Below the pieces are notes generated by a model. That model was not told the DNA's origin, did not search any database, and saw nothing but the letters and a program-made list of their open reading frames with translations. From Pyrodictiaceae archaeon (GTDB taxonomy: Archaea > Thermoproteota > Thermoprotei_A > Sulfolobales > Pyrodictiaceae), in assembly GCA_027036135.1 (NCBI GenBank), contig JALVSY010000007.1:932880-996879 (forward strand): a DNA stretch of 64,000 nt, read 5' to 3'. Within the stretch, counting starts at the first letter, position 1; each line of letters begins with the position of its first letter. Positions 1 through 9,958 of this stretch are shown here, piece after piece. The position numbers and the translations under genes were made by a program.

Positions 1-1
1 C

Positions 2-730
2 CTGCCTGTTGAGCTAGAGTTCTGGAACTACGACGTATTGTTCCAGCCCCAGTTTCACCCGGCTCGTGCACCAAGCGATACATTCTACCTAAGTAGCCCC
101 AGCGAAGCACAGCTTCCAGAACAACTAGCCGAAAACGTCCGGATAGCCCACGAGGAAGGCATAGCGGGTAGTACTGGTTGGAGATACAAGTGGGATCCAC
201 GGAAAGCTGCGAGGCTCATACTTAGAAGCCATACTACTGCTGTCTCTGCGCGCATTCTATCTACGAGGCCCTCTCCATCATTCCGGTACTTTAGCATCGG
301 CAGGGTTTATCGCGTAGAAACTATTGATCCAAAGCATCTCCCCGAGTTTCACCAAGTTGATGGGATAGCCAGCGAGGATGGAGTTAATCTTCGCTGGCTC
401 ATAGGAATGCTCTCCGAGTTCCTTGAGAGACTAGGTTTTAGGGAGTACAAGTTCCGTCCCGCGTATTTCCCGTTCACGGAGCCCTCTGTAGAAGGGTATG
501 TGAAGATTGGTGAGACTTGGCTCGAGATACTCGGAGCTGGCTTGTTTAGGCCCGAGATGTTAGCGACTCTAGGTGTAGACTACCCCGTAGCAGCATGGGG
601 CATGGGTATCGAGAGACTTGCCATGGCTCTCTATGATCTAAGGGATATAAGACAGCTCTATAGTACTGATGTAGAGTTTCTCGCATCAATGCCTTCAAGG
701 TGGTGGATATATGCCGGTACTAAGATTTAA
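2..730 (+). CDS. pheS: Phenylalanine-tRNA ligase alpha subunit (5' partial)
   Basis: Frame is open from position 2 (LPVELEFWNYDVLFQPQFHPAR); motifs LRSHTT, GRVYR, HLPEFHQVDG, YFPFTEPS, AWGMGIERLAM. Confidence 0.97.
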   Translation: MPVELEFWNYDVLFQPQFHPARAPSDTFYLSSPSEAQLPEQLAENVRIAHEEGIAGSTGWRYKWDPRKAARLILRSHTTAVSARILSTRPSPSFRYFSIGRVYRVETIDPKHLPEFHQVDGIASEDGVNLRWLIGMLSEFLERLGFREYKFRPAYFPFTEPSVEGYVKIGETWLEILGAGLFRPEMLATLGVDYPVAAWGMGIERLAMALYDLRDIRQLYSTDVEFLASMPSRWWIYAGTKI

Positions 731-2414
731 GCCTGGAAGAGTTGAGGAGGTTCTAGGGCTTAGTCTTAGAAAGGCCCTAGAGGTAATGGAGAGGCTAAAG
801 ATCGAGGTAGAAATAGATCAGGAAGGATACGTGGTTGCTGAGCTAGAGGTTGATAGGCCCGATATGTACTCACTTGAGGGTATTGCCAGGCAGGTTAACG
901 GTATACTTGAGAGGGAGCTAGGGCTACCTCGTTACAGCGTAGTCGACACAGACTATGTTATCGAGGCAGATGATGTGCCTACTCGTCCTTACATAGTTGG
1001 TCTTGTGGTTTGGGATGTTGATATAGATGAGGACTATTTAGTAGAACTAATCCAGTTCCAGGAGAAGCTTACTACAAGCCATGGCCTGGGTAGGCGCAGG
1101 ATAGCGGTAGGCATCCATGACCTTGAGAAAATGCCTTCAAAGCACTTGATGTACCGTTTTGAGCACATAGACTCTGTTGTTTTTAAGCCGCTTCATACGG
1201 GTCGCTTAATGAAGCTTAGAGACGTGCTAAGAGAGCTTGAACAAGGGGCTCGGTATGGTACCATCTCTCTCATGGATGAGAAGCATCCAGTACTTTATGC
1301 CGGCGATGAAGTAATAAGTGTGCCACCTGTAATTAATGCTGATGTAACCCGTATAGAGCCTGGTACTCGTCACGTATTTGTGGATATAACTGGTACCGAG
1401 CTAAAGCCAGTGCTTGATGTGGCAGCTATCTTTGCTGCTAACTTGGCTGAGCGTAGTAAGTCTAGGAGAATAGGCTTGGTTACAGTCAAGGCTCCATGGG
1501 GTGAGTTGAAGGAGCCTAAACTAGAGCCGAGGAAGACGAGTATTACGACTAGCACCGTGAACTCGATACTGGGCTTGAATTTATCCGGTGATGAGTTAGC
1601 GAGGCATTTGCAACGTATGAGGTTTGATGCATTACCGCTTAGCAACACGAAGATAGATGTAATGGTGCCTAGATTCCGTATAGACATATTACATGAAGCA
1701 GACTTAGCTGAGGAGGTAGCGTTATCAATAGGTTTAGAGAACATAGCTCCCATAAAACCTAGGACAATGCTTCGTGGACGCTTGCTTGGCATACGTTACT
1801 GGGAGAGAGAGGCTAGGGCAATACTAGTTGGATATGGTTTCGTTGAGGTGAAGACGTACACGCTAACTAGCTGCGAGGACCAGGAGAAAATAGTAGGTAT
1901 TGAAAGAGAAAAACTCATTACAATCAGTAATCCCGTAAGTATTGAAGCGAATTGTTTCAGAGCCTCAATGATACCGGCTCTTCTAAGACTAGCTTCACGT
2001 AACCAGCACTTAGTGCCATTAAAGATATTTGAGCTGGGAGAAGCACTCGAGAAGAAAGAAGCGATCAAGGTGCCTGGCGTAGCCCCAGTCAAGGCTAAGA
2101 AACTAATTACACTACTAATGATGGATGAGAAAATAGGATATGAAGACATACAAGCAATAGTATACGGTCTAGTTAAGCTACTTTCAGACAAGATCAGCGA
2201 AGTTGATAGAGTTGAGAAGCCGTTCCTCATTAAGGGGCGCTCAGCCCTGATTAAGACAGAAAAAGGTCTACGCATTATCATAGGCGAGGTTAACCCAGCG
2301 CTACTAGAACTTCTCGAAATAAAGTATCCAGTGGTAATAGCCGAGATCGATTACAGCAGTCTCTACGACAAGGAGGTAAGTTATCAAGGAGGCGCCGCTG
2401 TCCCCCGCCCCTAA
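711..2414 (+). CDS. pheT: Phenylalanine-tRNA ligase beta subunit
   Basis: DRPDMYSLEGIAR, QEKL..GIHD, RIDILHEADLAEEVA; overlaps the pheS end. Confidence 0.96.
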   Translation: MPVLRFKPGRVEEVLGLSLRKALEVMERLKIEVEIDQEGYVVAELEVDRPDMYSLEGIARQVNGILERELGLPRYSVVDTDYVIEADDVPTRPYIVGLVVWDVDIDEDYLVELIQFQEKLTTSHGLGRRRIAVGIHDLEKMPSKHLMYRFEHIDSVVFKPLHTGRLMKLRDVLRELEQGARYGTISLMDEKHPVLYAGDEVISVPPVINADVTRIEPGTRHVFVDITGTELKPVLDVAAIFAANLAERSKSRRIGLVTVKAPWGELKEPKLEPRKTSITTSTVNSILGLNLSGDELARHLQRMRFDALPLSNTKIDVMVPRFRIDILHEADLAEEVALSIGLENIAPIKPRTMLRGRLLGIRYWEREARAILVGYGFVEVKTYTLTSCEDQEKIVGIEREKLITISNPVSIEANCFRASMIPALLRLASRNQHLVPLKIFELGEALEKKEAIKVPGVAPVKAKKLITLLMMDEKIGYEDIQAIVYGLVKLLSDKISEVDRVEKPFLIKGRSALIKTEKGLRIIIGEVNPALLELLEIKYPVVIAEIDYSSLYDKEVSYQGGAAVPRP

Positions 2415-2490
2415 CACCCAGCATCATAGCCCCCTTGCTAGGGGCCTCTGCTGGGCTCTCTTAGACGGGAGTAACGGGGCGGCGCGGCGC
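2396..2490 (-). ncRNA. Candidate box H/ACA pseudouridylation guide RNA (LSU helix 69 region)
   Basis: Minus strand: lower stem CUCCCGUCU/GGGCGGGGG, pocket AAGAGA/GUUAG, upper stem GCCCAGC/GCUGGGU with K-turn-like AGA..AUGA and a GC hairpin; ACA lies 14 nt below the pocket top. Confidence 0.7.
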
Positions 2491-2658
2491 CCCCCATCCT
2501 AGGAGTATTTTCATGGTTTTCTAGCCTCATTTGTTTTCTCTGGATTATGTTATTGTGTTATATTGAGTATTGAATACTTATAAGTAAGCCGTTATGCGGC
2601 CTTGTTATTTGAGGTCGTTAGTGTCGGTGACGAGTGTTTTCAAGGAGGTAGGCAGCTA

Positions 2659-3747
2659 ATGTCTATCGAGGAGAAAATAAGCCTCGTCACTAGGAATACA
2701 GCAGAAGTAATAACGGTTGATGAGCTAAGGAGAGTTTTTGAGACAAAGAATAAGCCTCGCGCCTACTTGGGATTCGAGCCTAGTGGATTATTTCATATAG
2801 GTTGGCTAATTTGGGCGTTCAAGGTAAGGGATTTCATCAAGGCTGGCATAGAGTTCTATTTGCTAGCTGCAACGTGGCATGCATGGATAAACGATAAGTT
2901 TGGTGGCGATATGGAAACCATAAGAAAGGCTGCTCAGCACGTTCTTGATGTACTTGAGGCAATAGGTATTGAAAGATCCGCTATAAGAATTATTGATGCG
3001 GAGGACCTGGTCTCAGATAAAGATTACTGGGCTATACTCCTCCGCGTAGCAAAACACAATACTCTTGCTCGCATGAAGAGAGCATTAACGATAATGGGCA
3101 GGAAGGCTGAGGAAGCGGAACTTGATTTCTCTAAGCTCATTTACCCAGCCATGCAGGTTACAGATATATTTTATCTTGATGTGGATATAGCTCTGGGTGG
3201 TATGGATCAGAGAAAGGCGCACATGCTTGCGAGAGATACTGCCGAGAAGCTAGGTTACAAAAAGGTAATAGCTGTCCATACTCCCCTATTGACAGGACTT
3301 CAGGGCATTGGTAGAATGAATCCCAGCGAGATAGATGAAACAGTTCACGCAACGGAGCTGAAGATGAGCAAATCAAAACCGGAGACAGCGATCTTCGTGT
3401 ATGATTCACCCGAGGATATCGAGAAGAAGCTGCTAAAGGCTTATTGCCCGGCTAGGCAAGTAGAGTACAATCCTGTTATAGAGATAAACAAATACATACT
3501 CTTTGCCCAGCCCGGATTTAAGCTAGTGGTTGAGAGACCCGAGAAATATGGTGGGACAATAGTGATTGAGAGTTATCAAGAACTCGAACAGCTCTATAGA
3601 GAAGGAAAACTGCATCCTCTAGACCTAAAAAAGGCAACAGCAAAAGCTCTTGCAGAGCTCCTAAAACCAGTGCGCGAGTACTTCGCGAATAATACGAGGG
3701 CTCGTGAGTTACTGGAAGAACTAAAAAAGGCCACCATAACGAGATAG
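2659..3747 (+). CDS. tyrS: Tyrosine-tRNA ligase
   Basis: YLGFEPSG-HIGW, GGMDQRKAHM, KMSKS; start moved to ATG 2659 behind SD GGAGGT. Confidence 0.96.
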   Translation: MSIEEKISLVTRNTAEVITVDELRRVFETKNKPRAYLGFEPSGLFHIGWLIWAFKVRDFIKAGIEFYLLAATWHAWINDKFGGDMETIRKAAQHVLDVLEAIGIERSAIRIIDAEDLVSDKDYWAILLRVAKHNTLARMKRALTIMGRKAEEAELDFSKLIYPAMQVTDIFYLDVDIALGGMDQRKAHMLARDTAEKLGYKKVIAVHTPLLTGLQGIGRMNPSEIDETVHATELKMSKSKPETAIFVYDSPEDIEKKLLKAYCPARQVEYNPVIEINKYILFAQPGFKLVVERPEKYGGTIVIESYQELEQLYREGKLHPLDLKKATAKALAELLKPVREYFANNTRARELLEELKKATITR

Positions 3748-3825
3748 TTCTAATTCGGGGCTAGGCGCTAGGAAGTATACTGCATAACAATTAAGTACCC
3801 AAGAACACCACGGGGTGTGGAGGAA

Positions 3826-3892
3826 GAACTCGGCTAGCCCCATCTTCATACTTATAGTCTCTAGAATCGAATTCACTAAGTCACCATAGCTC
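3826..3892 (-). ncRNA. Weak candidate box C/D sRNA
   Basis: Minus strand ATGGTGA ... ATGAAGA-tggggctag-CCGA with a short terminal stem; D' unclear and D guide only 9 nt. Confidence 0.3.
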
Positions 3893-3948
3893 TGGGAAGG
3901 TGGTAATAGAACTCAACGATATCGGTGCATAGGAGTAAGAGGGGTTGT

Positions 3949-5193
3949 ATGTTGAAATACTTAATAAAGGCAAAAATAGAAGTAGAAGGACTAGTTAATA
4001 AACATGACATAATCGGGGCGATTTTCGGGCAAACAGAGAACCTATTCGGAGAAGAATTTGATTTACGAGAACTACAAGATAGAGGCCGTATTGGCAGAGT
4101 CCTTGTTGATATTAAGCACCAAAACACTAAGACATATGGCGAGATAACAATACCCTCGAACCTTGATAGAGTAGAGACAGCGCTTCTCGCAGCAATGATA
4201 GAGACTGTTGAGAAAGTGGGACCCTACAAGGCTAGAATAAGGGTCTACGACATAATTGACGTACGTGCAGAGAAAATAAAGAAGATTATTGATAGAGCAA
4301 AGGAAATTCTTAGAATATGGTCCCTGGAGAAAACGCCTGACCTACGCGAGGTTCTCAGAGAGATAAGTGAGGCCGTGAAAAGAGGAGAAGTAATAAGTTA
4401 TGGCCCCGAAGGTTTGCCCGCTGGCCCGGATGTTGATAAGAGCGATGAGATAATCATTGTTGAGGGCAGGGCTGACGTAATAAATCTGCTGAGATATGGA
4501 TATAGGAACGTTATAGCTCTAGAGGGAGCACGCGGCAAGATACCTGAGACCATAATTAAGCTAGCTAAGACAAAAAAGGCAATAGCATTCGTAGACGGTG
4601 ATCACGGCGGAGACTTAATTCTCTGGGAACTTCTACGAGTAGCCGACATCGACTATGTAGCCCGTGCTCCACCTGGAAAGGAAGTAGAAGACCTAACAGG
4701 CAAGGAAATAGCCCGTGCTCTTAGCAATCTCATACCAGCTAGAGAATACTTAGCAATTCTAGAAAAGAAGTTCCGGCCACGAAAAGAGAAGCAAAAGCCT
4801 ATTCAAGAGGTAAAAGAGAAACCAGCTCCTCAGCCACCATCTCCACCTAAGCCACTAGCGCAGCCAGTAATACAGGTAGAGGTTGAGAAAGTAGAGTTAC
4901 CTGAGCCAGTAATTGAGCAAATAAAGCAGCTTAGTGGCACATTAGAGGCGCTAGTTTATGACAAGAACTGGAGTCTTCTTGAAAAAGTAAGTGTACGTGA
5001 TGTCTATAACTTCTTAGAGAGAATAGAGCCGGGCAAAGCCTACGCAGTAATTTACGATGGCATAGTGACTCAGAGAATGCTTGACCTTGCAGCCGAGAAA
5101 CAGATAAAGCTAATTATAGCTAATCGCTTAGGCTCTATAGAGAAGAGGCCTCGGGACGTAATAGTGCTTACATTTAACGATGTTATTTCATAG
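3949..5193 (+). CDS. dnaG: Archaeal DnaG (TOPRIM primase-like, exosome-associated)
   Basis: GAIFGQTE, IIVEGRADV, AFVDGDHGG; likely start ATG 3949. Confidence 0.95.
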   Translation: MLKYLIKAKIEVEGLVNKHDIIGAIFGQTENLFGEEFDLRELQDRGRIGRVLVDIKHQNTKTYGEITIPSNLDRVETALLAAMIETVEKVGPYKARIRVYDIIDVRAEKIKKIIDRAKEILRIWSLEKTPDLREVLREISEAVKRGEVISYGPEGLPAGPDVDKSDEIIIVEGRADVINLLRYGYRNVIALEGARGKIPETIIKLAKTKKAIAFVDGDHGGDLILWELLRVADIDYVARAPPGKEVEDLTGKEIARALSNLIPAREYLAILEKKFRPRKEKQKPIQEVKEKPAPQPPSPPKPLAQPVIQVEVEKVELPEPVIEQIKQLSGTLEALVYDKNWSLLEKVSVRDVYNFLERIEPGKAYAVIYDGIVTQRMLDLAAEKQIKLIIANRLGSIEKRPRDVIVLTFNDVIS

Positions 5194-5244
5194 CATTTTG
5201 ATACCTTTTTTTATATTTTCCGGTTTTCGCCTATCTTATTGAGA

Positions 5245-6429
5245 CTATATTTTTATGTTTGGTATTACAAGTAGGAGCGTTAATAGAGATACTATGTTTG
5301 TTAATATCGTAGCACGTTGTTCGTCTCGTAGTATCCTAGCCAGAGTATCTTGTATGACCCGTGCTCCATCCGTTATAAAGAGCGGGGCAGCATTTATGGC
5401 TGCAAGACCTATATTGATTAGCTCCGTGAACAGTATTATAATGAATAGCGTGTATGCAGTATTAGCGCTTAATCCAATGTCAACAAGGGTCTTAGGTACT
5501 GCTGTAAAGTATATGCCTATTCTATCATAGCGTAGTCTTTCCTTTCCCTGTATATTAGGTGGTGCAGCTTTTTTCACAACTGTTATATTAGTATTGTTTA
5601 TTAACTGAAACACTATTACTAAGGTTATATTTGCTATAGTTCCGCCGTTCTCGTTTCTGAGCTTTATCATGGCTTCCTCAAACTTAGTTATATCCAAGGG
5701 TCCGCTATTGTTTATGTAAATGGCCTTTACGAGAACCCCTCTCTTTAACCCGTACTCTTGAGCGAAAGAGTTGGGGGCGATGTTAACTATGTACATATAA
5801 TAACCGTTAGCCACTAAGGGCTTCATAGCTGCCAGTAATAGTAGCCAGAGTACAACGTTTGCCAAGACACCTGCAGAGTAGACACGGAGCCTCGCTCTAA
5901 GAGGAGCTTTTCTCAGCTCATCTTCGTCTGGTTCAACGAAGGCTGCTGGGAGTAGTCCTAGGAAAATAAGGAATCCCGCATACTTTACGTCAATACCTGA
6001 ATATCTTGCTGCGAGGGCATGCATGACTTCGTGGGTAATAACAGCTATCCCTAGACCTGGTAGTAGGTAGAGAAACGTTCTGATATCTATTGATAAACCA
6101 GGTATTAGGGGGACTATGGGTGCTGCTCCTGCCGGTCTCCCTGAGACCAGTAACAGTATACGTTCGACAAGCATCTTGTAGAACAGGAACATGAGTACAA
6201 AGACCGATAATATGCCGATGTCAAGGAAGAGCCCAATTGCTTTGCTGCCACGTAGCTTATCAAAGCTCTCAAATCTTTTTCTCATCTTAATAGCTATGAC
6301 GAGCGGGCTCGCTTCTATTCTCTCACTCTGCCTCCTGCTAAGAATGATGCCAGCGAGTATCCATGCGGTAACATAGAATAGCAGTAGCTGCGCTGTTGAT
6401 ACCACTGGAGACAACCCCGCGGAGCACAA
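5245..6429 (-). CDS. Site-2 protease family (M50) membrane metalloprotease
   Basis: HEVMH zinc motif, AFVEPDE, AGVLAN, NAAP..DG, several transmembrane segments. Confidence 0.9.
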   Translation of the reverse strand: MCSAGLSPVVSTAQLLLFYVTAWILAGIILSRRQSERIEASPLVIAIKMRKRFESFDKLRGSKAIGLFLDIGILSVFVLMFLFYKMLVERILLLVSGRPAGAAPIVPLIPGLSIDIRTFLYLLPGLGIAVITHEVMHALAARYSGIDVKYAGFLIFLGLLPAAFVEPDEDELRKAPLRARLRVYSAGVLANVVLWLLLLAAMKPLVANGYYMYIVNIAPNSFAQEYGLKRGVLVKAIYINNSGPLDITKFEEAMIKLRNENGGTIANITLVIVFQLINNTNITVVKKAAPPNIQGKERLRYDRIGIYFTAVPKTLVDIGLSANTAYTLFIIILFTELINIGLAAINAAPLFITDGARVIQDTLARILRDEQRATILTNIVSLLTLLLVIPNIKI

Positions 6430-6519
6430 AACAACAGACTACTGGATAAAAACCACTTAGTCTCTATCATCGTACATTGCGGCGGGTGTGTATGAGACGA
6501 TAACGAGGGGCTTGCTGGC

Positions 6520-7251
6520 ATGGTTAGAGAGAAGATTGAGAGACGGCCGGAGTATAGAGTAGTCGTCTATGACGAGAGACGTTGGTCTCTACTGAGAAAG
6601 CTTAGGGAGGAGGCTACTAGGATAATGAAGTCGCTTATGGAAGCAGGTATAGCCTCCATAGTTCATGGCAGTGTTGCCCGCGGTGATGTCCACGAGGGAA
6701 GCGATATAGACATCTTTGTCCCCTTCACGATACCTTCGTACCGTATAGAACTCGCCCTTGAGAGAGGCGGATTCCACATATCCCATAAACTAATTGTACA
6801 AGCTACTCCTTCTAGTACGCCTAAAGCCTATATAGTCTTAGATCCGGACGAGAAACGGGTAGTTAGCTTTCCGCTAGGAAAACTCGCTAAAAGAGAGTAC
6901 GAGTTCTATTACTTTGGCGGAGCACTAGATCTTCAAGGCTTGCTAAGGAATATCCGCGTACCAGGTGTTGATAAGCGACTGGTACTAATTGAGCCTACTC
7001 AGCAGGGGCATATAGAGTATAGTATCATAGGGCGAGAAGCCGAAGCAGCTAGGAAAATAGGCATAAGTTTAGAAACTGTTCTCGAAAGAGTACGTGTTCT
7101 TACGAGGAGAGACGAGGTAGGTAGAACCGGTGTATTTGTTAAGGTTGAGTTGGAGCCTTGGGACTCTATTGAAGAGGCTGCTAAGCGTGTAGCACGTAAC
7201 AACCCATTGTTTAGGCGTGCATTGCGCGAGCGTGCATCGCCAATAGTATAG
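6520..7251 (+). CDS. Conserved archaeal Pol-beta superfamily nucleotidyltransferase (COG2413-like)
   Basis: HGSVARGDVHEGSDIDI; PGVDKRL; RRDEVGRTGVF. Confidence 0.85.
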   Translation: MVREKIERRPEYRVVVYDERRWSLLRKLREEATRIMKSLMEAGIASIVHGSVARGDVHEGSDIDIFVPFTIPSYRIELALERGGFHISHKLIVQATPSSTPKAYIVLDPDEKRVVSFPLGKLAKREYEFYYFGGALDLQGLLRNIRVPGVDKRLVLIEPTQQGHIEYSIIGREAEAARKIGISLETVLERVRVLTRRDEVGRTGVFVKVELEPWDSIEEAAKRVARNNPLFRRALRERASPIV

Positions 7252-7266
7252 GAAAGGTGGCTATGC

Positions 7267-8298
7267 ATGTATGGAGAGAATGCCCAGAAGCGTTTAGTGA
7301 TTATGCCAGGTGTGTATGCATATGTAGGTGATTTGCCTAAAGGATGCAGACTTTGTATTCAGGGAACAAAAATGGTTATATTCATAACTGGTGTGTGTCA
7401 TGATAAATGCTTCTACTGTCCGGTCTCCAGAGAGCGTTTTGGAAAACTCGTGGCTTACGCTGATGAGGAACCTGTTCATAAACTAGAAGATATTGTTGAC
7501 GAAGCTCTTCGAATAGGCGCTGATGGCGCTAGCATAACTGGGGGTGATCCTCTAGTAGCACTGGATAGGACGATAAGGGCGATAAGGATCTTAAAGGAAC
7601 TATTTGGAGAAACCTTCCATATTCACTTGTATACAAGTGGTCGTTACGCTACAGCTAGTGTGCTAAGGGAGTTAGAGCGCGCTGGACTTGATGAAATACG
7701 TTTTCATCCAACTGCTCAATGGCTCCTAAAAAGAATAGAAACAGCTATAAAAGTTCTGAGACGTGTGCGCGTGGGCGTTGAGGTGCCCGTGCTCCCCGAT
7801 AAAGTTGATGAACTAAAGTCTCTTATAAAGTGGCTAGACGAGATAGGTGCCGAGTTCATAAACCTTAACGAGGCAGAGGTTTCGCCATCAAATATCGCAG
7901 AGCTTATGAAACGTGGCTACAAGGTTCATAGGGATGCTCCAATAGTACTAGGTAGCGAGGAGGCAGCGATAGAGTTAGTGAGATGGGCTCTTGAGAATAC
8001 AAGGAGAATAACGGTTCACTATTGCCCGGCTCGCTATAAGGATAGAGTTCAAATGCGAATACGATTATTGAGAAAGGCTCTAAGGGTTGCAAAACCGTAT
8101 GAGGAGCACGATTCTCAGGGCTTGTTAAGGGCTAAGAGGGGGCCAAGGTCGCCTGAGTACTTGCATCTAGTTGAGGAGGGATATGGCGAGATAATTGACG
8201 GCTATGTTGTATTTACACCACGCTTACCAATTAGGGGAGAGGAGATTAGGAGATATCCGACCAAAATGTATAGTTTGCTTCCCTCAGAAAAGGGATAA
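7267..8298 (+). CDS. Radical SAM protein (COG2108-like)
   Basis: CHDKCFYC (CxxxCxxC), N-terminal GCRLC, ITGGDP, GLDEIRFHP. Confidence 0.9.
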   Translation: MYGENAQKRLVIMPGVYAYVGDLPKGCRLCIQGTKMVIFITGVCHDKCFYCPVSRERFGKLVAYADEEPVHKLEDIVDEALRIGADGASITGGDPLVALDRTIRAIRILKELFGETFHIHLYTSGRYATASVLRELERAGLDEIRFHPTAQWLLKRIETAIKVLRRVRVGVEVPVLPDKVDELKSLIKWLDEIGAEFINLNEAEVSPSNIAELMKRGYKVHRDAPIVLGSEEAAIELVRWALENTRRITVHYCPARYKDRVQMRIRLLRKALRVAKPYEEHDSQGLLRAKRGPRSPEYLHLVEEGYGEIIDGYVVFTPRLPIRGEEIRRYPTKMYSLLPSEKG

Positions 8299-8301
8299 AG
8301 C

Positions 8302-9366
8302 CTAGGTAAATGAGTAGCGAAGTATTGCCACTACGCCGCCTAGTGCCTTAACCTTGAGCCCAGCAGGGGTCTCTGCACTAACGAAGCTTATCTTAGCTCT
8401 AGTCTTGTCGGCGTCCCGGAGCAGTTTGTCAACTTTCTCCCGTATAGCGGGGTCCGGGTGGCGAACTAGTTCATCAAGTATTAGTAATTCCTCGATGGCT
8501 CCCGCCTCTGCGGCTCTAATTACTTCGTCAAGTGTGTACGCAACTCTTCCCGGTTCTTTTGCAAGCATTTTCTCGAACTTCTCAATAAATTCCTCTGCAT
8601 AGATGCTAGCAGCTTCTCTTAGAGCATCTCTAAGTGCTCCTCGCCGTATTTCCTCGTAGACGCCGGCGGAGCCTCCCATTGAGGCGTTATCGCGGAGAAT
8701 TCTAGGCAGGCTTGTTATTCTCTCCCTTATTAGGTCTAGTAACATGTCTTTTACTGATCCTGGCCCCGTAACTACGAGAAGTAGTGGTTTTTCCCGCCGG
8801 ATTAGCTCTTCAATAATCTTGGTTATCTCAACCAAGGCTTCATGTAGTCTTTCTTCTCGGTGAGGATCATCTTTACCAGGTAGACGTAGCGAGCCCTCTG
8901 CAACTATCTTAACTCCTTGTCCCTTTACTATGGCTACAGCGTATTCGTCATAGTCGATGGCTGCTATGAGGGCTGTAGGGCCCTTACTTGCCTCTTCTAT
9001 CCGCTTAAGAATAGAATGCGGCCATCCATTGGGCTTTGTAATCTCTATCTCAGTTCCAACGTCGAGGCTTATAGTGTGATATTTCCCGAGCACGCCATAC
9101 TTCTCGGGACCCTCGACGACGACTCCGCGTATCCTAAGCCTAGTAGTAAAGGGCTGAAACTCCGTACTCTCGACCCTTATCTTTAGAACCATAGGGATAC
9201 GGCTACTCCTTCCGCTCCCTCTTTCACCGAAGTGAATCTCGCGAAAAGTCTTTGCTCTAACGTAGTCACCTGGCTGAATAATAGTGTGGAGGAGCCAGAG
9301 ATCGTCCGTTGACTCTGGAATAACCTTGATGACGCCTTGTTTTAAGTCCTTGTAGACTATTCTCAC
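8302..9366 (-). CDS. pelA: mRNA surveillance protein Pelota
   Basis: PESTDDLWLL, RLRIRG, GKYHT, eRF1-like C-terminus LGGVVAILRY. Confidence 0.95.
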   Translation of the reverse strand: MRIVYKDLKQGVIKVIPESTDDLWLLHTIIQPGDYVRAKTFREIHFGERGSGRSSRIPMVLKIRVESTEFQPFTTRLRIRGVVVEGPEKYGVLGKYHTISLDVGTEIEITKPNGWPHSILKRIEEASKGPTALIAAIDYDEYAVAIVKGQGVKIVAEGSLRLPGKDDPHREERLHEALVEITKIIEELIRREKPLLLVVTGPGSVKDMLLDLIRERITSLPRILRDNASMGGSAGVYEEIRRGALRDALREAASIYAEEFIEKFEKMLAKEPGRVAYTLDEVIRAAEAGAIEELLILDELVRHPDPAIREKVDKLLRDADKTRAKISFVSAETPAGLKVKALGGVVAILRYSFT

Positions 9367-9435
9367 TAATTCCCCCTTGCTTGGCTGTACCTATATCCTA
9401 GGGCTCATAAATCCTCGTATCAGCGGGGGTAGGCC

Positions 9436-9912
9436 TTAGGCAGGGCTAAATGTGGATATATAGTTAGGAGTGCTGAGCGCGAGGACTTAGATCAAGTATT
9501 TCTAATAGAGCTCAAGTCTTTTGATTCCCCTTATCCTAGATGGTATTTCGATATATTATATGAGCTTAGTAATGGCGGTAAGTATTTTCTCGTGTCAGTT
9601 GATGAGAACGGCTATATTGATGGCTACATAGTTGCTCTTCAGCGGAGGGGCGGTATTTGCCACATAGTCTCGATAGCTGTTAGGAAAGATTGTCGCCGGC
9701 AACACGTAGCCTCTATCCTATTACAAAGCCTCTTTGAGCTATGCGATGTATCACAGCCCCGTCTCTATATTCTTGAGGTCGATATTCGAAACATGGGTGC
9801 CCAAGTGCTCTATGCTAAACACGGCTTCGGCTATGCGGGGCTCATACCAAACTATTACGGCAGTGAGCGCCACGCTCTAGTAATGGTCAAGATCCCTGCC
9901 TGGAAATGTTAG
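9436..9912 (+). CDS. rimI: RimI/Ard1-like GNAT N-acetyltransferase (start uncertain)
   Basis: HIVSIAV..RRQHVA, ILEV..N..AQ.LY, YY; the in-frame upstream segment IVRSAEREDLDQVFLIELKSFDSPYP belongs to the family but precedes the first canonical start at 9592. Confidence 0.8.
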   Translation, partial: LGRAKCGYIVRSAEREDLDQVFLIELKSFDSPYPRWYFDILYELSNGGKYFLVSVDENGYIDGYIVALQRRGGICHIVSIAVRKDCRRQHVASILLQSLFELCDVSQPRLYILEVDIRNMGAQVLYAKHGFGYAGLIPNYYGSERHALVMVKIPAWKC

Positions 9913-9958
9913 CGAAAAAAGTCTCTACTCATTACTACTACTAATACGGGCCACCACA

